The notes under the pieces are model-generated. The model did no database searches, was not told the DNA's origin, and saw only the letters and a list, made by a program, of their open reading frames with translations. A stretch of 52,903 nt of DNA from a virus (taxonomy: Duplodnaviria > Caudoviricetes): positions 1 through 52,903 of the IMG/VR virus record IMGVR_UViG_3300044610_000678; one strand, written 5' to 3'. Position numbers and translations under genes: made by a program. Within the stretch, counting starts at the first letter, position 1, and the number at the start of each line of letters is the position of its first letter. Below are positions 49,701 through 52,903 of the stretch, one piece after another.

Positions 49701-50716
49701 ACGTCAACGGAAAAATCAATCCGTCGGTACTTCCAACGCTTCAGACTTCGAGTCTGCCGACGATCCCGATAAGCAAAGGAGGCACAGGCCAAACAGAGCG
49801 TGCAGCGGCTTTGAATGCTCTGCTTCCTTCGCAAACCGGAAATGCCGCAAGGCTACTGATGTCTGACGGCTCGAACTGCTCATGGGGACCTGGTGCTCGT
49901 CATGTTGATGTCCAAGGTTTCTCGGCAAACGGCACATGGAATAAACCACCCTATGCCATGCGAACGATCTGCCTGCTTATTTCCGGGGGTGGCGGAGGGG
50001 GTGGTGGGCAGCAGAATCCAGCGGGTAGCATTGCCATCGGTGGTAACGGTGGCAACGCTGGAGGCTGCGTAATTTTGAATCTTGATCCAAGTCAGCTCGC
50101 ATCAAGCGAGACAGTCACCGTCGGTGCTGGTGGAGCCGGCGGAACCTCTCGAACTACCAATGGCAACGGTTCCCATGGAACCGATGGTGGAACATCCTCG
50201 TTTGCTGGTTTCTCGGTCGTCGGAGGGGTTGGCGGACGGGGGGGAGGTTTTACCGGTTCAAATGGCATCGCAAACGGCGAGAACCCCGGTCAGGCTCCCA
50301 ACTTTGGTGATGCGTTTGGGGGAATCGTTGCCTCTCAAGTTGGAGGTATCGCAGGATCGACTCCAACACCCATGGGTTACGAATCCAAACTCCGCTCGAC
50401 CGCCGGGGGGGCTGGAGGAGGGTTCGATGCATCGAACACCACCTATAACGCAGGAGCGGGTGGAGCCATCAATTTTCTTGGCAAATTCATTCTTGGTGCT
50501 CAGCCCAATGGCCTACGGGACGGAACCGTTGGCCATTATTTTGGTACAGGCGGAGCAGGAGCCCAAGCCAATTCAGGATTCAATGGTGGCTTAGGAGCGC
50601 TTTATGGTGGAGGTGGCGGGGGAGGGGCAGGCCGGCGCGATACGAGCACGGCCTCATCGGGTGGTAAAGGTGGAGATGGCTACGTCCTTATCGTTACCGA
50701 GTGCCAGGTTCAATGA
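46790..50716 (+). CDS. Tail fibre protein with internal repeats and a Gly-rich C-terminal domain
   Basis: Repeats of HTHAVATTS.AGFLSASDKTKL, LRDRSTHTG.Q and SVTSVNG..G.V.L...I.EG.N.YFT; C-terminal GTWNKP...GGGGGG...GGDGYVLIV. AAGGAG precedes ATG 46790. Confidence 0.85.
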   Translation: MAEDIADKLRNPDGTLSGTNTGDASASEIVRGNDTRLSNARVPLTHSHSVATTSASGFLAASDKTKLNSIEPNATRNAPDADLRDRSSHTGLQSISTIDGLQSQLDAKLASSLSMVSLASLSTSGVPQRQSDGTWSMITEGVALASHTHALATNSTHGFMPSTAVTKLGTISVGATANASDMQLRDRSTHTGVQSLSSIDGIGTAASRNAGTQAGNIPFLDTTGKLPIGVIPPISTGRYWLGAASNQTEMLAFRGGPGDWCSRTDLSRDFVIIQNTGENLSDWRGLSTSGSSVTSVNGLSGAVVLSTTQVLEGTNQYFTLDRVRAVDLSTMSGSVPQSKVTDLVATLASKQTASANLTAIAGLSGSGVLERLANGNFILSVYAAVNHTHSNATQSVAGFLSASDKVKIDGLGTASVLNSGTTAGCVPVLDSNGKLVSAVLPPQSVSSVYTVASQAAMLALSAAVRGDYAIRTDVNQTFILTATPSSTLANWTQLTSGSSVTSVNGLSGAVSLSTTNISEGSNQYFTTARVQAVSLASLTGDLPQSRITGLVSDLANHTHAVATSSQAGFLSTGDKAKLDGISTGATANATNAQLRDRSTHTGTQPSTTITGLGSSATRDVGSAPGNIPLLDSQGKIDVGILPSLALTDTFVVSSAAAMLSLSAQKGDIAVRSDLNQTFILTAEPATTLANWQQLLSPSSSVSSVNGATGTVVLSSTNIPEGTNLYFTTSRVQAVALSSLSGDIPQSRVTGLLSDLANHTHAVATTSVAGFLSASDKTKLNGVATGATANATDADLRSRSTHTGTQSYTTIVGLGSAATKDTGTLSGNVPVLDATGKIPTALLPAVSVSSVNGATGIVVLTSSSISEGSNLYYTDARVQANSLTSLQGNLPQSRVTNLASDLNSKQAASSNLTALSSFASGSAGFVQRTVGNSFALVDGQLITSQDRTNLNSLSSAAYRAVGTGLGNIPELDVNGKINPSVLPTLQTSSLPTIPISKGGTGQTERAAALNALLPSQTGNAARLLMSDGSNCSWGPGARHVDVQGFSANGTWNKPPYAMRTICLLISGGGGGGGGQQNPAGSIAIGGNGGNAGGCVILNLDPSQLASSETVTVGAGGAGGTSRTTNGNGSHGTDGGTSSFAGFSVVGGVGGRGGGFTGSNGIANGENPGQAPNFGDAFGGIVASQVGGIAGSTPTPMGYESKLRSTAGGAGGGFDASNTTYNAGAGGAINFLGKFILGAQPNGLRDGTVGHYFGTGGAGAQANSGFNGGLGALYGGGGGGGAGRRDTSTASSGGKGGDGYVLIVTECQVQ

Positions 50717-51891
50717 TCTCCGAGGAACTCCAGCAGCATATTCTTTGTGTGGCTAAGTCTTTAGGTCTAGAAGCGGACTCCCAGAGAATTCGCCTTTGGA
50801 ATACCGATCCTGATAACCCCGAGCGCCGAAGCATCGAAAGAGTTGCTGGAAAGATTTTTCCTAACCAACCCCGAGTTCAGCGCTGGACGGATTGGCACCT
50901 CGAAGGTTTTGATCCAACACACAAGTCTCAAGGCCCCAGCCAAGCAGTAGGAATCGTCCATACGGTATTCCATTCCTGCGGTGGAACCGAAACATGGGCC
51001 AAGCATTTTGTGAGGGTCTTGGGCCAGAGAGTCCCGATAGCAGGCTTGGCTTACCTTGCAGGTGATCGATCGCGGGGTTCAATCGAAGGAGCCGACGGTC
51101 CGGTTCCAATTGCCTGTGGAATTCGGGCGGCTGAAGGACTCTCGTCGGTTTGCGACACGCTGATTCTCTGGGGGCTCTCTGGGCAGATTGTCGAGCAACT
51201 TAGGAAGTCGGCTCGCAGGGACTGCCGCTTAATTCATGTTCACCATGGGGATCCAAATAGCCATTGGTCTACAGGAATCGTGCAAGAGGCCAAAGCACCA
51301 GAGGACTTGCTAGTTTGTGTTCACCCTCAAGTCGCAAGATTAATCGGTGGGCTATGGATACCCAATGCCATTGATCCATGCCGAATAACTACTCAGCGGA
51401 ACGTAAAAGCTCCTACGGTGCTGTTTATGCATCGCTTCTCGGAGGAAAAAAAACCTCTTCTTGCCGTAGATGCCTGCCGACTATTACCAGCCGAATGGAA
51501 AATGGTTTTCGCTGGCAGAGGAGAGTTTTTTGATCAAGCGATCCAGCGGGCCCAAGGCGACATGCGGTTTACTTTTGTTGCCGATGGAGATCCACTTGCG
51601 TTGTTTCCCCAAGCAAGCGTGTTTCTCTCTTTGTCGACGACCGAAGGCTTTGGATACAGTATCGCTGAAGCTGCCGCTTCTGGCTTGCGAGTGGTTTCAC
51701 GTCCGGTCGGAATCGCTATTGATCCCCAGGTGGCGATGCAAATCCCATGGGGCGTTTCGACCCCTCAAGAGATTTCAATGCTGATTCAAAAAGCAGGTCA
51801 AGAGACATCCAAAGCAGCAGCATCAAGAGAATTCGTATTGCAAGAATTCAGCGAGCAAATTTTCGCAAAAAAATGGCTAGGTGTTCTATGA
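50713..51891 (+). CDS. Glycosyltransferase family 4 (GT-B)
   Basis: Has GGTETW, IPNAID, VLFMHRFSEEK and EGFGYSIAEAAASG; ATGA overlap with the fibre gene. Confidence 0.88.
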   Translation: MISEELQQHILCVAKSLGLEADSQRIRLWNTDPDNPERRSIERVAGKIFPNQPRVQRWTDWHLEGFDPTHKSQGPSQAVGIVHTVFHSCGGTETWAKHFVRVLGQRVPIAGLAYLAGDRSRGSIEGADGPVPIACGIRAAEGLSSVCDTLILWGLSGQIVEQLRKSARRDCRLIHVHHGDPNSHWSTGIVQEAKAPEDLLVCVHPQVARLIGGLWIPNAIDPCRITTQRNVKAPTVLFMHRFSEEKKPLLAVDACRLLPAEWKMVFAGRGEFFDQAIQRAQGDMRFTFVADGDPLALFPQASVFLSLSTTEGFGYSIAEAAASGLRVVSRPVGIAIDPQVAMQIPWGVSTPQEISMLIQKAGQETSKAAASREFVLQEFSEQIFAKKWLGVL

Positions 51892-52036
51892 CAAACCTTT
51901 TTAGCGAATGCTCTAGTATTAACGGATGAAAGATTTTCAAGCAAAAACACAGGGAAAAATGGGGAGCTTGATCGTGACATCAGACTCCCGGTCGTGAAGA
52001 CTAAACAGAAGCAGGAAGTGTTCTGTAGGAACTATC

Positions 52037-52903
52037 TCAAGCCACATCAGGTTTTGGTGGAAGTCTGCCTTGGCGGACTTCACGATGATCGATATAGCTT
52101 GCTCTTACGGTTCGAACTCCACCGACATGTCCTAGAGATTCAGCAGCAGCGACTTCGCCCTCTTTCTTGTAGATCTCTGTGGCATGGGACTTTCTTAGCG
52201 TTCCGATCCCTTGCCCGCGCACGCGTCGAAAACCGAAGCGTTTTGCAGCATCAAAGAGCATCAGTTCAAGTCGACGGCAACCACCTTTGCCGATCGGAAA
52301 GACCAACTCTCGTTCGGGGGATCGGATTGCTTTGAGAGCTTGTTTGCTTTCAGCGCTCAAAAGCGCGGTGTGAGTTCGCCTTGTTTTGTGCTGCGTGATT
52401 GAAACAGTTCCGTATTCGAAATCGATATCGACCCAACGCATAAGCCGAAGATCGATCGGACGCAGTCCTGTGTCGTAACCAACCAAAATCCATGCCCTCA
52501 TCAGATCCGATTGATGGATTCCACATTTGAGTTTACCCAAAAGAACTTGTGTGCCCTTCAGAAGGCAAGACACCTGATCTTGAGTCCAGGACAAAACAGG
52601 TTTATGAATGAGTTTCTGACGCCGAAGTCGCTTCGGATTGTAACCCGGGATTCCTTCGGTTTCCGACGCATAGTTCCATACGCGAGTCATCGCAACGCGA
52701 TAGTTTCGAATGGTTGTCGGATTGAGTTTCTGCTGGGACGCAAGAAGAAAACCATTGAGGTTATCCATGGTAAGGTCAGACAACTCTGCCTTCTTCCCGA
52801 GCCATGCGCTAAAGCGACTCACAACCATTTGATACTGCTTGATCGTGCATGGTTGAAGATCATGCTCAAGAACAATTCTATCAATAACATTCGACAGCAA
52901 CAT
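52037..52903 (-). CDS. Tyrosine recombinase / integrase
   Basis: Has YDTGLR, QHKT, GTLRKSHAT, LGH and the catalytic Tyr in RASYID. Confidence 0.88.
   Translation of the reverse strand: MLLSNVIDRIVLEHDLQPCTIKQYQMVVSRFSAWLGKKAELSDLTMDNLNGFLLASQQKLNPTTIRNYRVAMTRVWNYASETEGIPGYNPKRLRRQKLIHKPVLSWTQDQVSCLLKGTQVLLGKLKCGIHQSDLMRAWILVGYDTGLRPIDLRLMRWVDIDFEYGTVSITQHKTRRTHTALLSAESKQALKAIRSPERELVFPIGKGGCRRLELMLFDAAKRFGFRRVRGQGIGTLRKSHATEIYKKEGEVAAAESLGHVGGVRTVRASYIDHREVRQGRLPPKPDVA

Larger units (their letters stand above)
5016..52903. mobile_element. Siphovirus-like prophage or phage region (boundaries uncertain)
   Basis: Portal, MuF, protease, HK97 capsid, connectors, tail tube, chaperone frameshift, tape measure, fibre and tyrosine recombinase are present. 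No sheath gene or att repeats were found. Confidence 0.9.

Noticed and set aside
1-52903. tRNA, rRNA and att direct repeats
   Set aside because: None were recognised by eye; a tRNAscan and repeat search would be needed to exclude short ones.

Overview
This window is mostly a siphovirus-like temperate phage region (about 5.0-52.9 kb). The host is probably a Planctomycete, inferred only from the style of the ECF sigma factor, DUF3037 gene, ClpX paralogue and recombinase. The head module has an HK97-type portal, MuF, prohead protease and major capsid. The tail module has a tail tube, a tail assembly chaperone with a clear -1 frameshift site, a tape measure protein, distal tail proteins and a repetitive fibre, followed by a GT4 glycosyltransferase and a tyrosine recombinase. 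I could not recognise a terminase, lysis cassette, repressor or replication gene, and the gene order is unusual. Candidate immunity cargo interrupts the morphogenesis genes: a TIR-NB-ARC-TPR gene lies between MuF and the protease, and a ~10.7 kb, mostly AT-richer insert lies after the tape measure gene. That insert holds a SLOG-like/SLATT-like membrane protein facing a three-gene operon (DUF4062-HTH-methyltransferase, HemK-like methyltransferase, structurally rearranged M20 amidohydrolase), plus IS630 and ISAs1 relics. It is the best candidate for an undescribed system. A second SLOG/SLATT paralogue sits next to an atypical ClpX at the left edge. All domain calls come from reading motifs by eye; no database searches were run.
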